Notes under the pieces: model-generated
The model's database searches: none
What the model saw: only the letters and a program-made list of their open reading frames with translations
What the model was told of the DNA's origin: nothing
Origin: Octopus sinensis
Lineage: Eukaryota
NCBI RefSeq assembly: GCF_006345805.1
Contig: NC_043002.1
Location: forward strand, 31,868,001 to 31,932,000
Length of the DNA stretch: 64,000 nt
Direction of reading: 5' to 3'
Made by a program: the position numbers and the translations under genes
Part shown: positions 52,547-64,000 of the stretch, piece after piece
Layout: every line of letters starts with the position of its first letter
How positions within the stretch are numbered: the stretch's first letter is position 1

Positions 52547-53805
52547 CAGTGTACCTAAGATATTTGAGGACAGATTTCTGTTTATATAAAACAAAACAAA
52601 TATATAATAACAGATACTTTATTTATCAAACAATTGCCATGAGGATAAGAATAAACCTTGTTTTCTATAACGTTACTTAATAACGCCACCTTCAGCTTCA
52701 AAATCTGCTTCTACATGAGATCTTAGTCATTTACATGTTCGAATCAAGTGGTCCTGGTTCATTCGGGACATTACTCTGACTATGACAGCTTTCATAGAAT
52801 ATTTGGCGTTATGGGCGTGTTCATCGTCCTCGCTCTCTCTCAACAAAGCTCCACATGTAATATGCTCCAATAGTTTGAGATCTGTGGAATTAGGAGGCCA
52901 AATATTAGGGGTTATGTGATCAGGAAAATTTTCGTCCATTCATTCCTGTGTTACTAGAGCTATGTATGATAGTGCAGAACCTTGCTGACACACATATGGA
53001 CTTCCATTGCATACACTGTCTATCTAGCGTTTAACAATTATTTCTAGGACCTCAATGTAAGCGGACGTGTTAACTCTAAGGCCTTGTGGAAAGGAGTAAA
53101 GCGGCATTGCATGTCCTTCATTGCTGACAACCCCTAACAGTATGACATTTGCAGGAAATTTTGTATGCATAACACTTGAAACTTCAGAAGGGTCTGCACA
53201 AAACCATTCCATGTCATTTCTTCTGTTAACTTTTTGATCTTGGTCGAAAGTTTTCTCGTTTGAGATAAACCAAATCAGATCTTCTTCTAATGGATTTTCC
53301 AATTTGTTTAAGGGCATTTTATATCTGATGTAGTGATTTTCGTTTGCTTTTTCGAACGAATTGACCTTTCCTCGTCATATAAGACATATCTGATAACTTC
53401 ATGGGAAAAAAAATTCTGTCTCTTTCTTCTTTCTGACACATGGAGATCTTTTGCAATTGACCTCATGGACTTTCTGTAATTGTAATCAATGGTCTGTTGA
53501 ACTTGCTGGAAAAATTCGTATGTTCTTATGATTTCAGAGCGTTTAGAATGCTTTATATGCTTTGATACTGGTGATCTTCAGTTTCCAGCTCCTTACAAAC
53601 TTTGTAGACGAAAGATCTGGCAAATTTTTAAACTGGAGATATTTCTAAAGGCTGAGCATAGTGCTCAGCCTTTAGAAATAACAACAATAAGAGCATGCTT
53701 CTTCATTTCTTGAGTAACCTGAGGATTTGCCATTATTATTTTCTGAAACAAAGATTATACACAGTGAGCAATAACGGTATATCCTCAAATACCTTACGCA
53801 CCCTG
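52547..53805 (-). mobile_element. Tc1/mariner superfamily transposon (DD37D/maT-like), degraded
   Basis: TIRs cagtgtacctaagatatttgagga / tcctcaaataccttacgcaccctg. Peptides WFISNEKTF..VNRRND..TKFPANVILLGVVSNEG and IWPPNSTDLKLLE. Confidence 0.85.
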
Positions 53806-54698
53806 CACTCACACACATGCACACACACACACACCTGTGTGTGTGTGTATGTGTGCATAAATGCCAGTGGGGGTTGTAGAAGTATATAATTTTATACAAA
53901 TAATAATTTGAGCAATTTTGAATTCATTATTAAATCAATAAAATATTTTCTAACCACTAAAAATAGCAGTGAGTCTTCCCACAAATCACATGCCGTCATC
54001 TTTAAAAAGAGAAGGACACCTTTATTAATGTCAGCCTATGTATACGAAGGAGACTTTAAGCAAAAGTCAAGTCCGAAAAACAAATTCGGTGATGCCTAAT
54101 GGAAATATGTTTTTAAAATTCTATTAGTTAACTGATAAAATAGGGCAAGCTTTCCATTGCAAAGGCCGTACATATAAGACATCACTGAAATTAGAACTCA
54201 GATCCGTTGGAGTAGAGACCGATTAATGTGGCTCCATCTACACCAAGGTATCACGAATTGAAGTATTTCACTTAATAGCTCACAATCACATTCTGCGTGT
54301 AAATGTCTGCACATTTAAGGTCTAATATCTGGAGGTGGTCGTGTATACGCGTATGAAATTTTAATTAGTGTATGTGTGTCTGTAGTCGTAAAAATATCTT
54401 TGTGTGTGTGTATGTGTGTGTACGCAGGTGTGTAAATAATATTTTTATTTACCTAGAAGCGGACCAACCATTGAAGTTCCATCTACTTCAAAGTTTTGAA
54501 AGTTGAATGTAGGAAAACACCACCAAAATTTCTGTTTATTTTCAATTAGGATTTCGTTTGTTCTTTCATTAAGATTTCATATATACGTAAGTGTGTGTAT
54601 TGCGTGTATGAATGTGTAAACATGATCGTGTGTGCGTGTTATTATATGAGTAGACGTGTATCGTACTGGGAGTGTATATACATACATACATACATACA

Positions 54699-54734
<36 letters not shown>

Positions 54735-54865
54735 TGTGTGTGTACAGAGTGAGAGAGAGAGAGGGGAAGGAGAAGGAGAACAAGAGAAATTAATAGATAT
54801 ATACAGATAAGTGTATACATATATATGTATGCTTAAATAAATAAATATATAAATATACATACGTA

Positions 54866-54957
<92 letters not shown>

Positions 54958-54970
54958 TATATATATAATA

Positions 54971-55411
54971 TGTGACAATTAGTTGGTTGTCATAATAAAG
55001 CTCAAAGTTTCGGATACCGGGACTGAAGTCCACGTACAAGCCTTTCATATGCCTTAACATATCATATATATTTATATATATTTTATTACCTTATATACTT
55101 TTTCTGTATATTATTTTTCACCCTTTATAATTTGTGTCTGTATGTATGTGTACACGCGTGTAAATATGTATATAGATATGTATACGTACATGTGTGTGTA
55201 TGCGTACACGTATGTGTGTGTGTGTATGTTAGCATATGCGGATTCTATGAATGAAGTATAAATTTTTGCCATGCCTACTGGAGTAATTTCCCTTTATTCA
55301 ACGGTATTTTTCATAGCGTTTCGTCTTAATAACTGATGCGATGCCGGACCAAACTTCAGCCTCGGTATCCGAAACTCTGAGTTATATTATGACAGCCAAC
55401 TAATTGTGACA
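54971..55411. mobile_element. Head-to-head pair of hammerhead family HH3
   Basis: 54971-55030 is the inverted 3' half of 55352-55411 and sits next to (TA)n. Confidence 0.7.
55327..55389 (+). ncRNA. Degenerate type I hammerhead ribozyme motif (HH3)
   Basis: TAATAA-CTGATGC-GATGCCG(loop)CGGTATC-C-GAAA-CTCTGAG-TT-ATATTA. A9 is mutated here but intact (CTGACGA) in the 46261 copy. Confidence 0.55.
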
Positions 55412-56024
55412 TATGTTTACAGATAAATTCCTTTATTTTACATAATATCGAGGTCTCATTCATTCTTTTGTTGACATATTATTATTATTATATATATATA
55501 TATATATATTACATACATACATACACACACACATATACGCGTGCGCGCACACACTCACAGACATATGGGTTTCGTTGAACTAACAAGACATTTAGAGCTA
55601 AAAATATATAGAGTATACATTTTTTTCTTGAAATTGGCAGGATTTACAAAGTTACTCGGTATCCAAGAGTTTCAATCATCTGATAAGTGCTTTATATACA
55701 TGCATGTCCATATGTATGCTTGTATGTATGCATGTATAATATATATATAACCACATTCTAACTACTCATATATGCCTCATGTCAGCATTTTTATATGTAA
55801 ACGTATACACAGACACACAGTTACGTCATTGTTGTGACTTTTCGTCGTTGTCTGTCGCTCCGAGTACGGACCTGACGTGAGATTTCTCACTTGCCTATGA
55901 CTTACTCTCTGCTATTTTTAACACTTGGCGCATTGAGGAAATATTCTCTTTCGCCTAAAGCGGAGCTGACTCACGAGCTAACAACACACACGCGTTGTGT
56001 ATGCGTTGTTTGTATACATCGAGC

Positions 56025-56138
56025 TACTTCTAATTTCCAGCTCAAAGAATCTAATTTCCAATCATAGTCCAAAAGAGTGAAGTTTCATATAGGGCTTTTC
56101 ACGATATTATCGATTAAACCTGTGTTACTCAAAATGGC

Positions 56139-56178
<40 letters not shown>

Positions 56179-58198
56179 CTCTCTCTCCCTCATCATCAAA
56201 TGCGCATCCCTTTTTCTCAAGGAAAATCACTGAAATCATAGCACAATTTGCATAACATCCATCCTCACTCACGATCACGTTCTGAGTATTTTCGTGATTT
56301 GACTGCAATAGGCTCACAGTCCTTCCTGAGACGTGCGAATAGCTTTGGAGGATCAGCTTTCATAGCTGTTAGCGCAGTAAACGTTAATGGTGGTTTCTGT
56401 CCTCCGTATTGTATGGTAATACTTTCATGCTGTTCTTGGAAGTCAGTACCCTGCATGAGGTCAGCGAATTAGACAAGTTTGTTAGAATATACAGTTTCAC
56501 ATTTTAGTACATCTGATTATACAGGGTTAGTGAAATAATGCAGTTTCCCTTTGATTCCGCAAAAAGAGATGCAGAAGCCATACCAATGATGTTCTTCGAT
56601 TTGACTGTTTTGATGTTGAGTATGTTCACCAGCTTCTCACCGATGAAAATCTTGTCAGTGCTCCGCTATCAATTAATGCTTCGGCGTTGTAAGTATTGTT
56701 GAGTATAACAATGGATGCTTCACGGAATACTGATGCTGATACTACCAAACGGTTGCTGCGTTGTTCTTACAAAGCTTTCCAAAATGTCCTATCTTTTTGC
56801 ATTTGTGACACAATGCTTCCTGCGCAGGACAACGACACCGAGGCTTTCTGAAATTATCACAAAGCCAACATTGATACGCTTTTCCTTTTGGGATCACAGC
56901 AAAGTGTTCTTTGGGAAATCAATTGGCTTGCCTGCGATGGGCGCCGTGGGACTGAGGTTGGCACACTCGAATTTTGAAAAGACATTGGAATGCTGTTGCG
57001 TCACATCGAGCGAACGTGCTTGATCATAATCTGTGCTGAGGTCGATAATTTTGCTTTGTAATAGTTTGTCTTATCTAAGTTGAAATGAGACCATTTATAT
57101 ACGCCTCTCGAATCATTTCAGACCGGTGCTGCTCTGTACTCACTGTAAGAAAGTGTTTCGCTAGCGTTTTGCGTTCGTTTAAGAACTAGTCTAGAGATTC
57201 TCCCAGTTTCTGTCTTTAATTTAATATGTACACTCCTTAAGGCGGCGAGCTGGCAGAAACATTAGCATGCCGGGCGAAATGCTTAGCGGTATTTCGTCTG
57301 CCGCCACGTTCTGAGTTCAAATTCCGCCGCGGTCTACTTTGCCTTTCATCCTTTCGGGGTCGATAAATTATGTACCAGTTATGCACTGGGGTCGATGTAA
57401 TCGACTTAATCCCTTTGTCTGTCCTTGTTTGTCCCTTCAGTGTTTAGCCCCTTGTGGGCAATAAAGATATAAGAAGCGTTAGCACGCTGGGCGAAATGCT
57501 TAGCGGTGTTTCGTCTGTCTTTATTTTCTGAGTCCAAATTCTACTGAGGTCGACTTTGCCTTACATCTTTTCGAGGTCGATAAATTAAGCACCATTTGCA
57601 TACTGGGGTCGATCTATTCGACTGGCCACCTCCCCAAAAATTTCGGGCCTTGTGCCTAGTATAGAAAAGAATTTGTTCATAGTGCTTAACTTCATTGATG
57701 AATTCGCATACTTTTGGTTCCACAATCAACAGATTGAGTTTATCGATAATATTACGTTCATGCCCTGATGAAAAGTCTAAACTAATGATTAAAATTCTTG
57801 TCAGCATTTGTAGATTTTGGCTCGGCATTCAATCTGTCCAGTTTCAAGTTTCTTTCCATATCTGGTATCCTTCCCAATTCGTACTCATCTTTTCATTAAT
57901 TTCGTTCTCTATAAATTATTCAACATCTTCTTCCAAATTTCGAAATTAGTTTCTTTGATTGTTATTAATGACCAATAATTCCTGGCCGAAAGAAGCTAAT
58001 TTCCAGTCATATTCCAAAACAGTAGAGTGTTTGAAATGTGTCCATTTATTTATGCCTCTCGAATAATTTCAGACCGGTACTACGCAGTACTCACTGCAGC
58101 AAAAGGTCACAGTGTTTCGATTAAACGCTTGTTATTCAAAATGCGCATCCTCTTTATGTCAAGGGAAATCACTGATATCATAGCACAATTTGCATAAC
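56025..58198 (-). mobile_element. Internally deleted Gypsy LTR retrotransposon (gag and protease remnants)
   Basis: 5' LTR about 58198-57960 ending ATAACA. gag MERNLKLDRLNAEP and CWLCDNFRKPRCRCPAQEALCHKCKKIGHFGKLC. Protease tail ADLMQGTDF..YGGQKPPL..CEPIAVKSRKYS. PPT GAGTGAGGATGGA then a 3' LTR starting TGTTATG at 56257. The distal end of the 3' LTR is uncertain. Confidence 0.8.
57241..57670 (+). mobile_element. SINE family B, dimeric, inserted in Gypsy gag
   Basis: Two tandem units with the same spacer as 42449-43030. Confidence 0.9.
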
Positions 58199-58262
58199 TA
58201 CTTACCTCAAGATTCCGATGTCGACTCCAGGCATGACCTGAATAATAATAATAATAATAATG

Positions 58263-58301
<39 letters not shown>

Positions 58302-58470
58302 TTAATAACAACAACAACATCGAAAATACCTTAGGAATGAGAACCCAGGTTCGAAATTTCTTCAAAACACCTGATGAAGGCTGGAGGGTATATCAGCCGA
58401 AACGTTGTGTTAACAACAAACAAGATGAGGACCAATATCCGTCAAATGTAAATAATGTAAATAATGTATT
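58199..58470 (+). mobile_element. HH1 element: tRNA-like B-box head, (AAT)n, hammerhead and tail
   Basis: caagattccgatgtcgactccaggcatgacctg-(aat)n-catcgaaaataccttaggaatg..hammerhead..gtcaaatgtaaataatgta. Colinear with the reverse complement of 1590-1862. Confidence 0.8.
58366..58411 (+). ncRNA. Intact-looking minimal type I hammerhead ribozyme motif (HH1)
   Basis: AACAC-CTGATGA-A-GGCTG-GAGGGTATAT-CAGCC-GAAA-CGTT-GTGTT. Stems I and II are perfect, stem III AACGTT is palindromic, and the predicted cut is after GUU (58406). Confidence 0.8.
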
Positions 58471-58627
58471 CTTAATGTATTTATACATTAACGTATTTAT
58501 ATATTTTTAATGTGCTGATAACTTTTATATACTTTTATTATATTTATATATCTATATATGTTTCATATGTTTCATGTATTAAATATATTTTAAAACATTC
58601 ATGCATTTTGGGTCTATGGTTGAATAT

Positions 58628-59429
58628 ATAAGCAGGTAGAATAAAGCCACTGGGTACATATTGACCATAAACACCGCTGTCATATGCGCTGTTCTAGCTC
58701 ACGTCCGCTCGTTACAGAAATGTCTGGAAGGAAGATGTGTAGCGTGTTATCATCACATTGAGCATGACAAAGAATGTTGAGTTGAGGATCTACATCAACT
58801 TTTACCAAAAGATTGGCGTTAGCTACTCGGAGGCCTCATTCTCGACACAATCAAGATCTTGTGCAACTGAAATCCGAATGTCTTTTTGGTCAGTTGAAAG
58901 CAGTTTTGGCTCAAACTTAGCAAACATGCGTCTCATATCCAAATCTTCAGAGATAAAGGACTGAAGTGAACCGTAACTAATCTTCACATCCTTTGATAAC
59001 TCACGGATGGTGATCCAACGATTTCTCGTCACAGCTGCACGCACATCTGCGATGCTTTCTCAGTTCTGGTTGCGGGTTTCCCAGAACGTACGTCAAAATC
59101 AAGATTTTTCGGCCATCTTCCAAAGTTCTGAACCCCTCGTACACTTGTGTGTGGCTCATACACTTCTCCTCATACACTTTCTGCAACTTTGCATAGGCCT
59201 CTGAGCATATATCGACATGACAACTTTCTCTGTCGTGGTCAATGCGACGATCGCACGTTAGATGCGTTAACTCTAAGCATACTGTAGACAGCGGAAGTGA
59301 GCTAGAACGTTAAAATGTAATGTGCATGCACAGCAGAGATCAAGGTCAATCTGTATTAAGCGGCTTCACTCTTCATGTTTTAGCTTCTTTACTATGACAA
59401 CAGTCCGGATACTTATTGATCATACCTTA
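58628..59429. mobile_element. Mariner-derived element with two inverted 5' ends
   Basis: Plus strand MTKNVELRIYINFYQK. Minus strand MQKVYEEKCMSHTQVYE..EDGR and ITIRELS..ISYGS..DLDMRRMFAKFEPKLL. Homologous to 4427-5280. Confidence 0.8.
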
Positions 59430-59470
59430 TACACACACTCACACGCACATATATATGTATATATATATAA

Positions 59471-59509
<39 letters not shown>

Positions 59510-59534
59510 AGTATATATATAGGTGTATATATAT

Positions 59535-59568
<34 letters not shown>

Positions 59569-60429
59569 CAAGTATATATATAGGTGTATATATATATATA
59601 TATATATGTATGTATTAATGTATATGTATATATTTGTGTATATTTGTAAACATTCACGCACATACACACACACGCACACGGACGTACACGCACACACATA
59701 CACATTTACACACACACGCACACACATACTCATACACATTATATTTCTTTTTTATTGCCTTATTTTCTCGAAAATGTTCGTATTAATCCATTACGTCTAC
59801 CTATCACACATGCCGTTTAAGCAATAGTTTTGCTACATATTTTAAAGCTCAACATTTTAAGATCGATTGCCAACTGTTTTAATGACACCTTTTCAGGGGT
59901 GATCGATCATAAACATGCCCCTAGAGCAGATGGAGAATTAGACTGGCTTGAGAAAAACATCAACAGATATTCTATATATGTACTTCTACATGTATGTGTA
60001 TATATACAAGCAGCCGTTACTCGCAATCAGCTGTTAGAATGTGCTACGCTTTAAACATTATTTTAGCTGACTATGTAGTGAAGAGAAGTCCATAAGCAAT
60101 TTTGGCTCTCCAGGTTTGTGAACCAGCCGAGAAAATGAGAGAGCTATACTATGCCACGTATGTACAAATTTGCAACTGTGTAAATTGGAGCAACTTAAAA
60201 TAAGTTTCAGCACGTTATCTAATCCAATATCGAACTTACGGTCTTATGACGGAGAGCCAAGTGCTCGATTTATTAGATTACATTCCTTAATGCAGTTTGT
60301 AGCTGAAGGTTAAACATTTTGCTTATATGGTCACTCAAAGATTCATTTTAAAAAATTTCTGCTTTATTTCTTCACACTAAAACCTACGCTGTTTTCTGAG
60401 TAAATTATAATAATTTTTGTACAGTTTGA

Positions 60430-60620
60430 GCGGCGGAAGCGGCGATATGGTAGATATGCAGGATTTGATTCAGTTCTTTACTTTGTGAGTTCAAAACACA
60501 CCGAGGTCAATTCAGCTTGGCAAGATCGGTAAAATAAGGTTGAAGTCAAGTAGTGGGGTTGATGGTATTGACTAACCCATTCCCCTCAAAACTGATGGCA
60601 TTGCGCCTAAATTAGAAAGA
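60430..60620 (+). mobile_element. SINE family B, very degenerate
   Basis: gtgagttcaaaac..ccgaggtcaa..ggggttgatg..ttgcgcctaaattagaa. Confidence 0.55.
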
Positions 60621-60890
60621 ATTTTTTGTCGAGAAGATTCAATGAATAATTCTTCGTTTTGATGAGTTCAGATGTACTCTCCAGTGTTTCTTAGAGAACA
60701 TTTTACACCCTCATACGTAAACATACACACGTATATGCGGGTAAATATGCGTAAGAATATGTATTTACACGTTTCGAAATATATGCATGTACACACGTAA
60801 ATACGTGTACGTACGTTTTTATGTTTGTATGTATGTATGTATGTATGTATGTATGATGTATGTATGTATGTATGTATGTATGTATGTATG

Positions 60891-60924
<34 letters not shown>

Positions 60925-61751
60925 TGTACGTATGTATGTATGCATGTATATATATATGTATCTATGTATGTATGTATGTATGTATGTATTCATGCATGTA
61001 TATACGTACGTATACATGGATGTATGTTCTCCATATTCATTTGTAATCATCATAAGACGGGGGTGGTTTCCCACAAAGAAACAAAATCTCTATCATGGGA
61101 GATCTGCTTGTTTGTATGTTTGTATGTATAAGTGTGTGTGTGTGAGTGTGTGTGCGTGTATGTGTGTGTGTGTGTATGTGTCTATATGACTGTATACTCA
61201 AGCGTATATAGAGAAGTGTAGAGATATAGTGAGAGGTAAATATCTGTACACATATTCACACAGAGAGAAAGATAGAGAGATAAACAGAATTACAATGCAT
61301 GTATATGCGTGTACGCATGCTTCTATGTGTGTTTGCGTATGTGCGTATGTGTGCATATTTATACACAGATATACATCTGCCCTTCCACACGCACACAAAA
61401 ACATTCACACACGCACACAGACACACATGCTTATACATGCACACACATACATATATATATGTATAGAGAAAGCGAGAGAGAGAGAGAGAAAGGGAGTGAG
61501 AGAAATAGATATATGAGCATGTATATGTACATATGCATAAATATACATATATGCATATACGTATATTTATACATATATATATATATGTAAAATTATATAT
61601 TATTTAATATATATGTGTATATATATATATTATATATACATAGGCGTGTGTATATCTATATCTATATCTATCTATATATATATATACATACATACATACG
61701 TACATATATACATACATACATACACATATATATGCATATGTGTTTGTATAT

Positions 61752-61794
<43 letters not shown>

Positions 61795-62465
61795 ACATAC
61801 ACACACTCATACACAAAGACACACGCATGCGCGCACACACTCACGCATCCACATATGAAATGTTACCGATAGTAAACTGGAATGTATTTGTTTTTTGTTT
61901 TAACGTTTAAGAAAGCAAATTGTGTTTTAAATACTTCATCTCAAAATAATGAATTGGTTGTTCAGTTTGCTTATTAACTCGCACCTGTCAATACATACGA
62001 AAAGCAGTAAGGTCATTACTTCTTCCACCGCCACCACCACCACCACCACCATCATCTCCGCAACCACCATCGTCTCCGATATCACCATCACAGTTTCCAC
62101 CATCATAAATATCACTACGATAAACATTGCCGATTTCAGTATCGTAGACATCGTCACCATTACCATCATCATTATCATCATCGTCATCATCATCCCCATC
62201 ATCGTCATTGCTATTCTCTAAGCATTCAATACGTCTACACCGCTCCAAATATGATCAATGTGCGCCAGCCGCTCTCTTCTCTTTCTTCCCCCTCTTCCCC
62301 CACCCCTTTTTTGCCCCGCTTTCTGTCAAACTTTCATCTGCATGTACATGCATACATATTCATCATTGGCATATACAATACACACACCCACTTATTTATA
62401 TATGTATGTATATATACATATACGTATATATATATAATCCCAAAATGAAATATATATATATATGC

Positions 62466-62513
<48 letters not shown>

Positions 62514-62570
62514 TATATATATACATAATATATACTTATGCATACATGTATATATACGTCTGTATATATA

Positions 62571-62609
<39 letters not shown>

Positions 62610-62744
62610 GTACATATGTTTATATACATATATATATGTGTATGTATGGATGAATGTATGTATGTGTGCATGTGTGTATGCATGTATATGTGTGTGTAAT
62701 GATATGCATGTATATCCGTTCATTAACACCCACACATTATATGT

Positions 62745-62790
<46 letters not shown>

Positions 62791-62812
62791 ATGTGTGTGT
62801 GTGTGTGTGTGT

Positions 62813-62854
<42 letters not shown>

Positions 62855-63652
62855 CATGCGTATATATGGATATACCCGTGTCTCTATGCACGCCCAGTTG
62901 TGTATGAAGACACCAGAATACCTACTCACACACACGCGTATAGCCACGGACATGGACACGCACATACACACACATGTATAGGTGCATATGCAACACAGGT
63001 CTACTTGTACATAGATGTATATTTACACAAACGACAATTCTACAATTACGTACAGCTAAAGTTATCACAAACACACACATTCAAGGCACACACATAGCAC
63101 AAGCGTACACATTCATATACATGCCACTACGAGCACGTACACTCCCTTTACCTTTCCTTTGTTAACGTAACATAAATAATGCCAACACTGCTTTATGTAA
63201 TATATAAGCGGAGGGAGAGAAACAAAAACACGAGCAAATACTAAAGGCAAACTAATGTACAAAACTCAAAACAAAGGAAACATTTTTAAAATACAAAGAG
63301 AAGAAAAAAATTAAGAAAATTAAAAAAGATTATCTACAAAAAACCTACATTTTCTTTTATTATTATTATTGTTGTTGCTGTTGTTATATTTATATTGGTT
63401 TTATCGTTTTTTTGGTTATTTTTAAAAATTATTTTTTCCTCTAATTTAATACAAATACAGAGTATATTATTAGTTTTAATGAATGCTTACTTGTTTGCTA
63501 GTGTGTCAAAGTTTGCGCATCATCATTATGTTCATAGTCCGTCGTTGTCGTTCTCATCATTGTAATCATCATCATCATTTTCATATTCTCGGCTGTCGTG
63601 CACAAGATCCTTACTTTATCCTTGTTATTGACATGAATATATTTTAACAGTA

Positions 63653-63674
63653 AATAATAATAATGATGATGATA

Positions 63675-63739
<65 letters not shown>
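63653..63739. repeat. (TAA)n microsatellite
   Basis: Visible directly. Confidence 0.95.
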
Positions 63740-64000
63740 TATCACCACCCTGAGGCTGTAACTGAAGGAGAAAATGTAACCATTCTGTGGGACTTTCCAG
63801 TACATACAGACCGAACCATCAAGGCCAATAAACCAGATATTGTTGTGAAAGACCAAAACAATAAAGTTTGCTTATTGATCGACATGAGCATCCCCTGTGA
63901 TCATAATATCTCAGCGAAAGAGTTTGACAAGTTCAGAAAATATAAAGACCTACTCATTGAAATTGAGAAAATGTGGCATCTCAAGGCGGTTACAATACCA
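63740..64000 (+). mobile_element. R4/Dong-type non-LTR retrotransposon, restriction-like endonuclease domain (5'-truncated, runs off the window)
   Basis: Open frame YHHPEAVTEGENVTILWDFPVHTDRTIKANKPDIVVKDQNNKVCLLIDMSIPCDHNISAKEFDKFRKYKDLLIEIEKMWHLK, with PD..D and K..KY motifs. It starts right after (TAA)n. Confidence 0.9.

Overview
AT-rich, microsatellite-saturated animal genomic DNA with no intact protein-coding gene that I can support. The SINE repertoire and repeat style suggest an octopus or other coleoid cephalopod (inference, not verified). Nearly all ORFs in the supplied track are translations of simple repeats. The real content is transposable elements: three tRNA-derived SINE families, CR1-, Tx1/L1-, RTE- and R4/Dong-type LINE fragments, a deleted Gypsy LTR element, mariner and DD37D-type DNA transposons, two non-autonomous Helitrons, an 8-bp-TSD MITE and a 3.13-kb foldback element. 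The most interesting signal is a set of short non-coding elements carrying type I hammerhead ribozyme motifs in at least three unrelated sequence families. They are usually arranged as head-to-head inverted pairs near simple repeats, as expected for Penelope-like mobilisation. One family joins a tRNA-derived B-box head, an (AAT)n spacer and a minimal hammerhead, which suggests a ribozyme-bearing SINE or retrozyme system. All calls were made by eye, and coordinates of degenerate elements are approximate.
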